Part shown: in pieces, positions 49,912 through 64,000 of the stretch | How the letters are laid out: each line of letters begins with the position of its first letter | How positions within the stretch are numbered: the stretch's first letter is position 1 | Origin: Paraphysomonas bandaiensis | Lineage: Eukaryota; Protista; Chrysophyceae | Assembly (NCBI GenBank): GCA_965644295.1 | Contig: CBFFRP010000363.1 | Span: 434,001 to 498,000, forward strand | Direction: 5' to 3' | Length of the DNA: 64,000 bases | Notes under the pieces: model-generated | Told to the model about the DNA's origin: nothing | Database searches by the model: none | What the model saw: the letters and a program-made list of their open reading frames with translations, nothing else | Program-made: the position numbers and the translations under genes

Positions 49912-51568
49912 TTTTGTCTCATCAGGGCGCTCATATCAGCACTGGGCAAATATAAACATTCAACTTCAATATTCGGTTCAACAGAAGCTCACTTCTATCT
50001 TCATTATGATAATGACAGTCATATGTATGTGATTTCATTATAGTACACAATTATAGAGAAACCACAATCATGAGCCAAATACCAAGAGCAGATCATCTAA
50101 CTCCAAGTTATATTCCATCCTTTGACTGCTGTATAAGATCACAACGATGTTAGTGCAAGTGACCTGTCTTCATATCCAGGACTTCGAAACAACTTCAAGA
50201 ACATTACAGGAGAGTTTAAGTACCATATCTGATGCTATATAGGTGGTTAGGAGCAGTGGCACCCAGTTCTTTCAGGGTTTGAGCCATATCGTGCTTCTCA
50301 GGATATTGTGTGTCTCATATCATACACACATCATTTCATCAGGTGCACTTGCAGAGGTAAAGCCTGTTGTATATAAATGTGATGATGATGCTAATTAAGG
50401 GAATAAGAAGCCTCTCTTTCACCTTCAACCTTCAACTGTTCACATTCATCATCACACTTACAGTATACATAAAATTGATTTGAAACTATATGAGTTTTCA
50501 TTTTTGTGTTCTTAATGTTAATCAAGGAACATATTTTTTTTGTATTGAAAGTCTTATTATTAGCAATAGGCGTTAAAAACCTGCACCAACTTAGTAGCTA
50601 GATGAATGCTAGACAAACTAGTTAGACCTCTACCTGTAACTAATCAGTACACACTTTTTTTATCCTACTATTTAACGCTACGGAAGCTGCTTGTGCGTCG
50701 CCGCAAGCACCAAGGTGCAACCACTTCCGCTCTGAGTTCTTAAGGTGAACATCCCGGATGCTTGACTTCAGCAGGCAGCCCAATACCCCTGTTACCCTTC
50801 AGGTGGGCCCTGTCCCGGATGCCCTTCAGGTGGGCCCATTTCCGGATGCCTGTTTATTCGTCAGGGCCCAAAGACGTCTACACAAGTGACACTTATTGGT
50901 GTCCCCTGTACCACACAAGCATTCGGCTATGAGTGGGCAGAAGAATATCAGCTGACTATGTTAATATAGAACACAAAAATGAAAACTCATATAGTTTCAA
51001 ATCAATTTTATGTATACTGTAAGTGTGATGATGAATGTGAACAGTTGAAGGTTGAAGGTGAAAGAGAGGCTTCTTATTCCCTTAATTAGCATCATCATCA
51101 CATTTATATACAACAGGCTTTACCTCTGCAAGTGCACCTGATGGAATGATGTGTGTATGATATGAGACACACAATATCCTGAGAAGCACGATATGGCTCA
51201 AACCCTGAAAGAACTGGGTGCCACTGCTTCTAACCACCTATATAGCATCAGATATGGTACTTAAACTCTCCTGTAATGTTCTTGAAGTTGTTTCGAAGTC
51301 CTGGATATGAAGACAGGTCACTTGCACTAACATCGTTGTGATCTTATACAGCAGTCAATGGATGGAATATAACTTGGAGTTAGATGATCTGCTCTTGGTA
51401 TTTGGCTCATGATTGTGGTTTCTCTATAATTGTGTACTATAATGAAATCACATACATATGACTGTCATTATCATAATGAAGATAGAAGTGAGCTTCTGTT
51501 GAACCGAATATTGAAGTTGAATATTTATATTTGCCCGGTGCTGATATGAGCGCCCTGATGAGACAAAA
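49912..51568. repeat. Long inverted repeat IR2: arms 49912-50512 and 50968-51568 (R1 family), spacer ~455 bp
   Basis: ~600-bp arms are reverse complements with about five substitutions seen by eye. Confidence 0.93.
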
Positions 51569-52327
51569 TGGGGATAATATTTTAATGTCTGCATTCTTAA
51601 AATAATAGCTAGGTGAATGACATAAACACCAAGTCATCCTCTTGTCATCCTAGTCATCGTATACTGAAAATATGAATTGTTTAATGGCTAGATGTTCAAC
51701 CCCTTCACGTGTTTTGGCATTGTTATCGGTCCTAGTCAACGTACTTAAGGCCTTAAAAATACAGCGCTTAGTTGCAAACTTAACAACTTCTTGGTAATAT
51801 AGAAAAATATTATTAACATAAAACGCAGACAAAATAACCATTATTGTAAGACATACAGCTTCTCTTAAACTGGAGAATCAGTACAAGACTTATCGTGACT
51901 AATTAAAAGCAAAGATTAACTATTTCTTACTGATGCTGAATAGCGGAATATATATCTTTTTTATATGGTTGGTACGGGGGCCCATAGTCGTGGGATTTTA
52001 AACTTCAGTACGCAGTTGCTACATTCGTGGTTGAAGGATCGTGTATATGATGTTAATGTTCATCGTACTTACAATTGCAGTCGTATCTAGAGTACAACTT
52101 AGCGATGTATATAGTACAAAAAATTAGATCAATATTTACTAGCTCCCAAGGTGTTACAGAGTCAACATAGACCCAAATCCTAATTCTAATCGAATAATTT
52201 GGTGAGACCAGGGCATTCATTTAGAAAAAATCTAAATACGGTTAATTCCCACACACAGCGAAAAAATACATGACATCTGGGGTATTTAACTATATGACAA
52301 GTTCTTTCGGATATAGGGTATTGCATT

Positions 52328-55300
52328 TTACCCAACACGTTGGGCCACTGTCTCTCGCGCTTCATGTCGTTCTTTTCTTCCTCCGAGCAAACACCAGAGA
52401 TTCTCCCTAGAGAAAAACAAGCCGTCGCTTTGATCACTTTCTCCGTTTCTTCTGCTTGCCGTGTCAGAGAGATCGCATTTGTCGCTTGACAGGACCTCGG
52501 TGAGAGTCCCGTTTTTCTGACGAAGCGCAAGTAGTCGCTCTTCACATGTGTTTTTCCCGTATAATATAACGCATTTGACACTTCTGGTCTGCCCTATTCT
52601 ATGAACGCGGCTTATTACTTGCGCTTCCTCAGTGGCATTGTGGCAGGGTTCCAACATGTACAGCACGCGTGCCGCACACAGTGTCAGACCCGTGGCACAG
52701 ACTCCTGTTGTTAGTATCAGAACTGAGCACTCGGTATCGTGGTTAAACTTTCTCAGACACTGCTGATTTATTGCCCCCGAGTTATCTTTTCTCATCCGTA
52801 CACATTGAACCTCATTACTCTTTAAGGCGTATTCAACGATTTCTGCCGACTCGTTATAGTGAGTGTATATCACGAACTTAGCGAAGCGATCATCTCTACG
52901 TACATCCTCAATGTCTGATAGTAATGCCGTAACACGGGCAGAAAAAAAATACTTTGGGCGCTGAAAGACGTTGAGGGCATTGCATGATATCGATGGAAAG
53001 TCAGTGTTCCTGTAGGATGTTATGTTGTACTGAGGTATATACGAATTTAGCTCCGCTGTGGGAATTGCCGTGGCTTCACACGACAGATGTGGGATCAAGA
53101 ATTCAATATCACTACTCCCAGTTGTTGAAATTATTTCCTTAGGTCTATGAGAAGCAGTCATTTCGCTGCATGAGGACGTCGCATTCATCGTGGCCTCAGG
53201 GTAGAGGTAGCTATTGCTCTCACATTCAGCGGTTGTAACCAAACTATCACATACACCATTTATTCCGTTTTGATTCTCACTTGAACTACAGGGTTCTTCA
53301 AATGGCTCTTCAATATTGTCAACTTTTACTTCCATGAGATCCTTCGCCGCTGCATAGCATTCAATGCGCGTATTACATAAGTTTTATACAATAAAGTATG
53401 CTGAATACCTATTCTTCGTCTACAGACCGGACACTTGGCACTGAATTCACCCTCTCTCTCGACCACGTCTACAATACACTCGTAGCAGTAGGCATGTACG
53501 CAAGTAGTAACCGTTGGCCGGGTCGCCTCCATCAGACAGAGAGGACATGATACTGCCTGTCCGGCCATCAGACTGTACAGAATGGAGAAACCTCCCTCGT
53601 AAAGTTGAGAGGCATCTTTACCACAAAGTTCAGGTCGACGCAAAACCTGAGAATGTGAAATAAGTAAATCGACAAAGGGCTGTTTTCTCTTCGCATGGTC
53701 GTGTTTGTAAATATCTACTCTATGCTGTGCATCTAGTGACCATCGAGTCTGAACTGATACCTCCCCGAGCAGATCCTCAGCCATTTTACTGTCCTCCACC
53801 TGTTCTCGCCAAGAGTGATGAGGGTCACTATACCGGTCATCAACGAGATCTACTGTCATCTCCGCGTCATCTCGATCCGCCCAACGTACACGCACCACGT
53901 CTCCAATCACCAAGTTTTTATGCAAGCACAGTTTTCTCATATATTTTTCATTACTATCTTTGACCGCAGACGGACTATCCTCGACAATTTTTCTGGGGTT
54001 CGCATACAAGCTTAAGGTGTTAGAATTCCTGTTCACACTAACTTGATAAGGCAGCTTCATCCAACTCATCGGCTGTGGCAAACCCAAGTGTTCTACTCGG
54101 CTGGTGAGTTCTGACAGCGGTAGCGTATTCAAGTCCTCCCGTTGTGCCTGCTCAGCTGCATGCGCCGCAACAGAAGCATGAGTACGATTACTCTGCCAAT
54201 TCAGACCACCTGAAGAGCCTACCCCAACGCTCTGAACAACCTGTAGGATATCTTCCGCACTCATCAGTGGAATATCTGTTATACGTGATACTAATGCATT
54301 GACTCGATAACACATTAACATTCGCTTGAGGTGATCGAGATTTCTCAAACTGACGGTGGAGGTGTGAGTTAGGCAGCGGCTCAACAAACCTACCAAGCCT
54401 CGAATTTGGGCAATGTGAATTGCACCATATCCTCTATATGAGTTTCTAAATTCAGTTGTACCTCCCATATATGGGGCCCATTGTTCAATAGCATCAGCCG
54501 CAAAGCATTCAATGTAACGGTAGGCAAAGAGTTCATCTGGTGATTCTTCTAGAAGAAATGGTCGCCATTCAATAGTTCTGGAAGGCATTCGTACAAGCGG
54601 AGAGTTATCACTAACGTAACGCTGACTCTTCGTGTGGCGCATCATAACAACATCAAGTAGCTCGTAGAGCAGACGAAGAGATGATTCGTTCTTTTTCGCA
54701 TAGGGGCCAGCAATACACTTGCCCCAAAACCCATCCTTATTATTGGCTAGAGAAAAAGGCCATATTTTAAGAAAGTTTAGCTCCCCATGTAAATCTGCAA
54801 TTGAAGAGCAGAGGGGAGTCCCACTGACCATCCATCGCCGCTGCGACACAAGATTCGCGCACATCGATGCTATTTGATTAGTAGCCACTTTAATATATTG
54901 GCATTCGTCCAGCACTACTCGGTACCACTCTATATTTCGGTACAGTTTTCCGCATCTCGGCCGCTTCAATTTATCGTATGTTGTCAAAACTATATCTATA
55001 TCATTCAATTGGCTCTCAAAATTCACATGAACAGCCACCTTTTCCTGTCCTTCCATATATAAACGATATATCGTTCCCCTAAATATCTTTCCCGGCGTGC
55101 ACCACTCCAGCCCGCGTACTTCCACATGATCACAATCTTGACCAAATACTCCCCACTCTAACCGACGAACGTTCTCAGTATATACGCTCACCGAATCCCC
55201 TTCATCATTGGAAAAATATATTCCTCTGACATCCCCTGCAGGCACCAATTCATAATCCAAATTCCGTTCAGCCATACTGATAACAGTTATTTCTCCCTTC

Positions 55301-56667
55301 TGCAATGTCGTACCACAAGTTGCTCGTGTGTTGATCTCATCCCACCACTGTTGTGCAAGCTGACAGGGAACTACAATCAGCGTGGCCCGGGATACATGCA
55401 GTGGAGGTTTGCGTTTGTCGCTTGCATCGTTAGGAGTGAAGGTCGATTGTGGAGGGTTGATTCGTGAAGCGGGGTTAGCAAGTATGAGAGATATGACCTC
55501 CACTGTTTTACCTACAAATGAATTATTATACATTTAATCGAAAGCAGCATAAAACAGAAGATAAAACAAAGTGCATACCAAGTCCCATCTCTTCGCACAA
55601 CAGCCCCCCTTTAACCAGAGGTGGCTTATCGAACCGGAACTCCCCGGCCAAAGGAAAGTAATACATAGGCGGACCCCCATCATTGAATGTCCACTCCTCC
55701 CAAAACCTTCCGTTTAATCCCCTTTCGTCCAACTCCTATGCAACACATATTAGCAGTAGAAACAAGCCCACATAAACTGACTTGATCTAGCATCCACTGG
55801 CAAGTAGACTTCTGAAAATCATACAGGGGTACCCTTAACCCTCTAGGCTCGCAGTAAGATCCATCCCCATAGCCTACACTCTCTACATGCCGAAGCAAGC
55901 CCTGAAGTGAGAACCTGTACTGTCGAAGCTGCTGTAACTCTGCATCTGTCTTTGTGAACATGCGGGGCTGAGTAGCCTTGGGAGTGCAATACACTCTCGT
56001 GCACGGGGCGTCCTGAACATAAATGTAATCAAAGTGCAAATACTACACACCGATAATATACCCTGATGTTGTCTACAACATTTTTAATAGCTGTATCTGA
56101 AATCAACTCAAAGACAAGTCGCGAGAAATACACATGCACTTTGACTACAAGAACTCCATCCGATGACGTGTATATATGCTGCGTAAACAACCTGGACAAT
56201 GGTTGCTTCCATGGGGATGATATTGGAGATTGCAAGGCCACTAAGCTTTCAAGAATATCACGATCACCTGGAGCCATCACAACATGATGCTGTCTTCGGA
56301 GCTTGTCCAATCGAGATATCGGAATCTGATTCACTGAAGGAAACTCGCCAGCATCGTCGCAACTCCAATATTTGTTGTAAGTTTCAGTGGGAATGAAACT
56401 AGAAGTGATATCCTTCATGTCGCTCTCCTGCACACGGCTCAAACGGAGCTCTACATGACCCATATAGCGGGCCGACAGAGAGGACCCCCTCGCCGCCTCC
56501 TTCGCTGCCTTCGCAGATCCCCAGTGAGGCGGTAGAGTCTCCTCTGTGAATGTATTTAGGTTTATCACTAGCGGCAGAGGGTCACAGAGGATGCTCTGGC
56601 TTATATCTTTTTCGGTCCTCCGCACACTCCTGCGTGTAACACTCCTGGCGGAGGATTTGCGCTTCAT
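52328..56667 (-). CDS. SNF2-family helicase with RING finger (RAD5/HLTF/SHPRH-like)
   Basis: LYDFQK, GGLLCEEMGLG|KTVEVISLIL (Walker A), TLIVVP..QQWWDEI, IVLTTYD, WYRVVLDECQYIK, RWMVSGTP, RING CPLC..CVHAYCYECI..CPVC, HelicaseC KFVIYT..GLTLCAARVLYMLEP..QVISRVHRIGQTR; GT-AG introns join the ORFs. Confidence 0.92.
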
Positions 56668-57067
56668 CACGAGACACTGTGATTTATATGAGCACCGGGC
56701 AGGAGATGGTTAGTATCTTATGTATAAGTCTGTACTATCGTGTATGTGTGTATATGAGGAGAGCCACTTCCACTTCACTTCGCTTCACTTCTTCCTCGAC
56801 TTGACTTCCAGCCGACTTCTTCGTCTTTCTTCTGCTAATCTTTGTAGTATACATGTACGTATAACCTGTATACGGCGTATTCACTAGGATAAGCAAGAGT
56901 TGACCCAGCAGTTCGACAGCAAAGAAATGAGCAGAAGAGACGAACACTTCTGCAGGTACAGCATACATACATATATATATATAGAGAGAGCGCTCACTTC
57001 AGAAGACGCAAGCTGTTAATTGATTGACACTCATAATCGCCTATACACATCACCGTATCATATCTCA

Positions 57068-57850
57068 ATGTCTCTTGAACAAGCTCTCAGTGGAATTAAG
57101 TTTGATGACGGTATGGGTAAGCTGGAGTCTCTTCCTCTAGTGGGATATGCTGACCTTGAAGGCCCTAGAAGAGCTGTCTATGAAGAGTCTGGCTGTTTGT
57201 CTAATTGCAGTCCTGACATCAAAGTAATATCAGCGAAGTATACCTCATCAGATGGAGCTCTTGTGGAGCATGTGGTCAAATGGGACGGGTCCACTGCCAC
57301 TCCTGTTCTTTGCGAATGTGGAATTAGCTATGAAGAAGTTCCACCGACCGCCATGGTAGAGTATCAATACGATGAAGGTGGACCGTGGAGATTGGCGCGC
57401 ATTTCCCTTGAACCAATGATGGCATACAAAGCTCACAAATTTAAGTTGTGGCGGGAGATGCTAGATAAACCGAGCTGCGAAGCTGCGTTTGCGCGTATGC
57501 TTAAGGCAGGCCCTCTTAATCGTTTATATGATAAACTGGGTTTCCCTATGCCTGCTGATGAGGAGGAAGCCTGGAAGATAGTTGACGAAAAGTCTGGCAA
57601 GACAGTGGATATTCCTAGACCCGTGCACGCTCTGCGTGTGTGGGATCCAAACACTGACAGTTACACTGATGTGTCACCCATCATGGGTAAGTGTATATGA
57701 CGTGTTTGTAATGTCGGTAGCTCACCTAGTGTTGTCATAGATGGGGCACCTGCTGATGAGGAAGGCATGCGAACGTACTGGGATACGACAATGCAAGAGC
57801 TCAGAGCGAAGCATGGGAATGATTACATAGACGCTATGTTGGCACGTTAG
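57068..57850 (+). CDS. Protein of unknown function (2 exons, intron ~57687-57740)
   Basis: 226-aa ORF with globular composition; gtaagt donor and tcatag acceptor continue the frame to TAG at 57850. Confidence 0.7.
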
Positions 57851-59940
57851 AGAATTATGACGTAAAGCAATAATTCTTCGAATCTGCGAATCCGACGTAG
57901 CATTTAATGTATGTCAAAGTTCAGTCTATTGTTACTTCGGATGATTATCGGGTAGTAAATATTCTTCTTTCCTTTGGATAAACACTTAGTGCCTTGCACA
58001 ACCTTACAAATTAGCACAAACACAAGACAAATATGTCTCTGTGAAGAACTAAATATCTGTCAAACTCAGAGGGTGTACCAGAATTGTGTAGTAATTGTAG
58101 CGAACATTAGTTTTTAGTTTTGTACGTAGGAGAAACCCGCGTATTATTCTTTGTAAGAAGGAAAGCGGGGGAAAAATGGTGGACACAATACTGCTACAAC
58201 GACCAGCACTAGTATCATGCTACGTAGAGTCAGCCAGCACATATTCCTCTACTAGGAGAGAGACAGGTATGCCTACGTTTAAAATGCAGCACTAGCTAAA
58301 CTTGGACTACCTGACTGTCAGCTAAAGCACTAAACTCCCACAAGGACTAAGGACTAATATATTGTGGACGTAAATATTACTTAACCCAGTCAAATTGGTT
58401 GAATTATCTAGTCACACTAAGTTTGGTGTAAAAAACTAGTCAACATAATGAATAATTCAATATCTTCTTTCATTACATTATGGCTGCGTGAATACTATAA
58501 ACACCTCGTCAACCAAGCCATTGTAAATGATTAGATTTTCAACCACACGACTAGGTGTTTACACTATCTAATTGACAAGGCAATAATAGATCCCGCACCA
58601 AACCTACCTAGGAAGCTATGACGATGCAAGTTACTGATTCTGTTATGGGTAATCATTCTCCCGTAATCATTCTCAGAAAATTTGACGAGAGAGATGCGAT
58701 TTACTTATTGTTAATTAATACATATATATGGGGCATCTGTCTAAATGAATAACGTATTTGGACTTGGATTAGCCATTTTAAGTTCCTAAATTCCTGAATA
58801 CCTTCCAAAATAAAACCCAACACGTTTGTAACAATCGTCATGTGAACAACTCTGTAGAGCAGTTGTGATATTCATTAAAGAAGGATCAGAAAGTTTACGA
58901 ACATCTGTACCAATCTGCAAAATATGTTACGCTTCGCTCAATACGGAGCTCAAATGTTTCGCCTCTAGCACCAACAATTGCTTTAGAAAACGGTGAGTAG
59001 ATTTTTCTGCTTCTTGTTGTTATTTCCCGACCACATCCCCCTCTTATCGTAACTAGCATCCCTGAAACATTTTCCACGGACCTTTTTTCCTCAACTTGCA
59101 TGGTTAGATCCAAGGCGGGTTCGCATAGTTAGTGATAACTTTTTTGCCTCCACATGGCGAAGAGCTCTTGTTTTCCAAAATAGCAGTAACTTAGATGTTC
59201 CGATGTAAAAGACAACATCAGAAGCTATGAAGGTTTCAATGTGTCATAGCATCAGTAGCTTTGATAGCCCCTTTCAAAGTTGCTGTATATGTTGCACTTC
59301 GTTAGGCCCATAGGCCGAGCTCAAAGTTGAAAAAAACTAACATGTCAGTTTACAAATTAGCACTTACTGGGCTTTTTAAGACTGTATCCAGCATCATGGG
59401 CAAACACATATTCAAAATTTGTAGCTGTTCAATTGTACCAAGCAGCTAAACATATTCAGCAACGCATCATAGCAAACAAGGTACATATCACTGGCACCAC
59501 ACGCTGACACGGGAACATCCGTGATACTCTCCATCCAACAGAGTCGCTAGCTAGGAATGCACAGCTGTTCAATCTTTTGAAAGTATCGATGTTCTTGCAG
59601 TGATACCAATGTACCCAAAAACCCGACATTTATATGGGATTTGCTCCATAAAAACGACCTTTTATTCACGGTGTTGTGTTGGTCTAGAAAAATCCACTCA
59701 CATCTAGACTTAACACCAAGACTGTATATACCTATACATTATCTACACCATACCATACACCACCAGCAGCAGTATGCCGGAGATGTGTATGTGTAGGTAT
59801 GTGTATGTGTATATGTGTGCACCCATGACCCTTGTGTGTATGAAGCAACAGTCTGTGCTAGTCAGGTAGAGCCTAGCCTATAGTTAACACCGCATTGTTC
59901 GTCATCACTCCCCCCCTGAAGATCTACCAGTGGGTCGAGC

Positions 59941-62900
59941 ATGCCTATTCAAAGCATCGGTGTCGGCCAGCAGCGGCTAAGAGCCAAGGAGTGCTACTGG
60001 ATCCCGCACCCCTCCAAGTACACCTCTCTCTGTCTCTGATATCGCTCATGATGATTTAACTGCCTGTAAACAGAGTGTACAAGATGGTTATGATCCAGCA
60101 GATTGAAGGGGATACTTGCATAGCGACCACCACTGACGACAACACTGAGATCGAGCTGGATATTCCAGAGTGCCCCTTTTATCCGGTGAATCCCTGTGCA
60201 GTGGACGACATGACCTCTCTTCATCATCTGCATGAGGTAGATTCTTTTCTCTATAGCGTGTAAGATATTGTGATATCCATTATACAGGCCGGTATACTCA
60301 GTAATCTCGAGGAGAGATCCAGGCTGCATAATCAGCTGCCGTATACTTACGTCGCTAATGTTCTCATTGCCGTGAACCCGCTCCGTAAAGTTCCTGATTA
60401 TCCATATGAGGTAGTTTTGTACGTGCTATTGCAATATTCGAAGTGTAATTCATGGCATGTAGAGATATCTCAATACCCCTATCAGTGCTGTTCCCCCCCA
60501 CCCTTACGGCATCGCTGAGATTGCATATCGGCAAATGACGCTCCCGAAGGTATCCAACAGGTAAAACTAATCTACGAACAGATATCAGGAGTTAATTGTT
60601 TTACCAGAAATCAGTCAATCGTGATATCAGGAGAGAGCGGTGCAGGAAAAACAGAAACAGCCAAGATAGTACTCAGATACTTGTGCTGGCGGTCTACTCA
60701 TACTGACAACCCTTCTGCACCAGCTCACGTTGGAAAGGTATTAGTCATATACTTGTGATAGCGCATTGTATACTCTTTAACTCGATATATTTGTACGATA
60801 ACAGCTACTTAAGGGAGAACGTTCTCTCGACCATGCCCTGCTGCAAACGAACCCTATCCTTGAGGCTTTCGGTACGTGTCCGCTTCAACTTCGTCTCTCC
60901 TTTATATGCCATATTATGTTTCAGGTAATGCCAAAACGCAGAGAAATGATAACTCTAGTAGATTTGGGAAGTTCTTGAAACTTCAGTTTGACGACAGAAA
61001 TGGCTTTAACATGGTATATATCGATAGTGTCAAGCTTCTTTTTTTATTCGAGTGTAGGTTGCGGCGGGCATTGATACTTACCTATTAGAGAAGAGCAGGG
61101 TCGTCTCTGTCACGGAGGGGGAAAGAAATTATCATGTCTTTTACGAGGTATGAGTACATAAATCTCGTTTTGGTGCACTTGGTGACTGGCGAGCAGATGT
61201 TGGGTGGCGCCAGTCTTAATTTAAAGAAGAAGTGGCGATTAAAAAACATCCGGAACTACCGCTATCTGACAATGAGTTCAGAATACGAGGTCAGCGATAT
61301 GTTGAATAGAATATTAGTGTGATAAGACCTCTGTAGATTGAAGGAATAGACAACAAGACTAACTTCTCGGTGCTGAGAGAAGCGATGGATTTCGTGGGCA
61401 TGTCTAGCGGGTATAGTGTCTTTAGATGTTCTATATTTTTTTCATGCAATGTTATTCATGCAGCGTGGAGCAGGACTGCGTGTTTAAGACTATCAGTGCT
61501 ATTCTCTCTCTAGGTAATGCCGAATTCAAGGATGTACTCGACGAAGTTGGCCACGAAGTGGCAACCATTGCAGAAACCTACATTGTAGACAGAGTGGCAG
61601 AACTGCTAGGTATTTTTTCATTTTTTGCCTGCCGCATGGTTGACACTGATATGATGTACTATCAGGAGTCGACAAGACTGCTCTTGAGCAGTCACTTCTC
61701 ACCAAGTATATTGGCATGGAACATGCGTCCAACTACAGAAGACACAGCAACATACGCAGTCCACGAAATGCGGTGCAAGCCGCATATTCCCGCGATGCTA
61801 TGGCAAAGTCAATATATCAGGTATGTGATGCGTGATCAGAATGAAATAAAATTATTTTTTGCGACAGAGGACTTTTGAGTGGATTGTGAAGCGTATTTCT
61901 CAGTCCCTCAACCATCAGAGTGGGGTTGATTTACCTTTTATTGGAGTCCTGGACATATTTGGGTTTGAAGATTTTGCGTCCAATGGTTTAGAACAGCTGT
62001 TGATTAACTATGCCAACGAGGCTCTACAGCTAATTTATAGCAAAGAGGTGTTGGTTGGTGAGCATGAGCTATTCGTAGAAGAAGGGTTACAGGAGGTGCA
62101 CGTTGGTGATAGCTTCCGATCTAACGAGGGCTGCATTGAGTTGATTGGTGTTGGGAGCAAGAGTATCGTATCCTATCTGGACTCCGTATGTGTACGGGCA
62201 GGGATCGAGGAAGAAGTCTTTACATCGTTGCTACATACCAATATTGTGGACAATCCTTTCTTTCCGCCCCCACGAACAGTTGAGAAGAAAGAAAAGTTTC
62301 GCGTCAAGCATTATGCGAGAACTGTCACGTACACTGTGGGCACATTTATTTCTCGGAACATGGATGTTAGGCTTACCGAGCTAGATGAGCTACTGCTCTC
62401 CAGCAGTCACAATGCTAAATGCGGCTTGTTTGGAGACATCGGGGGTAATATAATGCAAGGAAATAGCACACCTGGATCTGGCTATGAGTCTGACGACAAC
62501 GGACCATCGACTCGAACTAGTAGGGTGAGCAGTATGTCTCGGGTTGACTCTATAAAACAAAAATTTACAGAAGATGACTCCCCAACCCGCCCTCTAAGCT
62601 TATCCATCGAAGGGAATACACTGGGGCGAAACACGACACCTTCTGTTCCCGGTAAAAGGTCAGGGAAGGCGTATACAGTAGCCGGTTCGTTCGTGAAAAG
62701 TATGTCGGAATTGACGAAGACACTATCCTCAACGAAGTGCTCTTTCATTCGATGTATTAAACCGAACGCCAGTATGACACCTGGAAAGTTTGAGAATCAG
62801 TGTGTAGTGGACCAGCTGCGCTGCCTTGGTGTCGTTCAAACGTGTGAAGTGTTGCAAGCAGGGATGCCAACGAGAATAAAGATGACTGAACTCGAACAAA

Positions 62901-64000
62901 TGTACAGACCGCTACTTCCAGACAAACTACAGCGTATACTGCGTAACATATCTGAACACGGCTTCGTACGTGCAGTTATGTGGGCGTTCCAGATCCCGTT
63001 GGACTCGTATAAAATTGGAAAAACGAGAGTATTTTTTCGAGTTGGAAAGATCGCATTGTTGAAGGAACTGACAGAGGTAGATATGAACTCGGACAGAGGA
63101 AAATGGCTTGCTGATAGATTAAGGAAATATGTCAGTCGATTGTGGTGGAGAAAGTCGCTAACTAAGTTATTTTGCGACAGTGCGTGGAAATCTCTTCTGC
63201 GCCATTGTCGAAATAGGAGGAATGCAGTAAGAACGATCGAGAATGCGTGGTGGACATTTGGTAACTCTGAGAAGAAGTGGCGACGGAAATATATTAGGCG
63301 TAAATGGCGAATAGCTATTCTAGCTGTCCGCTGTCAGAATCGCCTAATTAGTGACTATCACCTCATAAAGGAGGCCACTGCGATGAGGCTGTCGGCGGAA
63401 GCAGACGCAGAGGAGGCGATTAGGCGCATGGATGAAAAAGCGGCAGCAGAGGAGACTCCAGAAATGGATGACACAACGGTATCCACTGAGAAACCTGGGA
63501 GTGAAGATGGTGACATTTCTGATAACGAAGAAACTGCAAGTAGGGTCCGGTCAGAGAGTTTGTCCGCTGCAAAAATGCGGACTGAAATGCAAGCCCTTGT
63601 TGCCGCATCCAGTTTAGCGACTGTTAGTGTTTGTCTTTTCCGATGGACGAAGATAAAATTATTTGCCGCCTTTGAAACCTGGCTCTGTGTGCTTCCCAAG
63701 GACGTGCTGGAAAGACAGCAGCGGGTCAGACGCCTGTCATCGCAATCTGTGCACGGTGGGATGCGAAGGAGTATAGTAGCTAGAGATGACTCCTTGGATG
63801 ATGTTAGTTCACAGGACGATGGCATCGGGTGTGAGGAAACTGTATCTCTTGAGTCGGTGGGTGCAGGACCCACTGTGGATTCGACTTCCTCACAGCGCCA
63901 ATCCTCTAAAGTAGCTCACATGGTGATGAACAAGAAGGAAAGGGATCACAAGTCATTACAATCTCCGGCATTGAATAGACAGTTGTCAGCCTCGCCACTT
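59941..64000 (+). CDS. Myosin heavy chain (motor domain, neck and start of tail; runs off window)
   Basis: [49 protein letters not shown] (P-loop), [63 protein letters not shown]; last long exon from ~61870 stays open to the window end. Confidence 0.97.

Noticed and set aside
50750-50852. Short repeats ccggatgc x3 and cccttcaggtgggccc x2 in the IR2 spacer
   Set aside because: Too short and few to infer function; likely local slippage within repeat R2.
53326-53410. Apparent frameshift between SNF2 ORFs
   Set aside because: Explained by a GT-AG intron (ATAG|gtattc...atgcag|CGGCG) that restores the frame.
58000-59700. Intergenic region with short minus ORF 58895-59113
   Set aside because: No motif, repeat or splice chain that could be supported.

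Overview
Eukaryotic nuclear DNA with compact genes and short (~50-150 nt) GT-AG introns. The protein families suggest a stramenopile (ochrophyte/chrysophyte-like); this is inference, not established. About 14 protein genes can be supported: exportin-4-like (5' end outside window); a CDPK7-type EF-hand/PH/kinase; a large ARM-repeat protein; a secreted GT47-like+DUF3431 fusion; an NPPY-type N6-adenine methyltransferase; a FAIM1-PX-PDZ sorting nexin; a membrane-anchored GH26 beta-1,3-xylanase-like enzyme; a Tudor-Tudor-MYND-UBA-UBA protein; an acidic membrane protein with internal repeats; a secreted protein with 34 near-identical 18-aa repeats, each containing RKKRK; a 2OG-Fe(II) oxygenase-like protein; a RAD5/HLTF-like SNF2-RING helicase; a protein of unknown function; and a myosin (3' end outside window). 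Intergenic DNA holds a copia-like gag relic, a defective hAT element, a hAT MITE with a matching empty site, two long inverted repeats with ~450-bp spacers, a pre-miRNA-like hairpin, a palindromic element and two long (TATG/CATA)n microsatellites. The best candidate for an undescribed system is the secreted repeat polyprotein at 42508-44763 (convertase-processed, possibly a silaffin-like biomineralization precursor). Exon boundaries were traced by hand and are approximate where stated.
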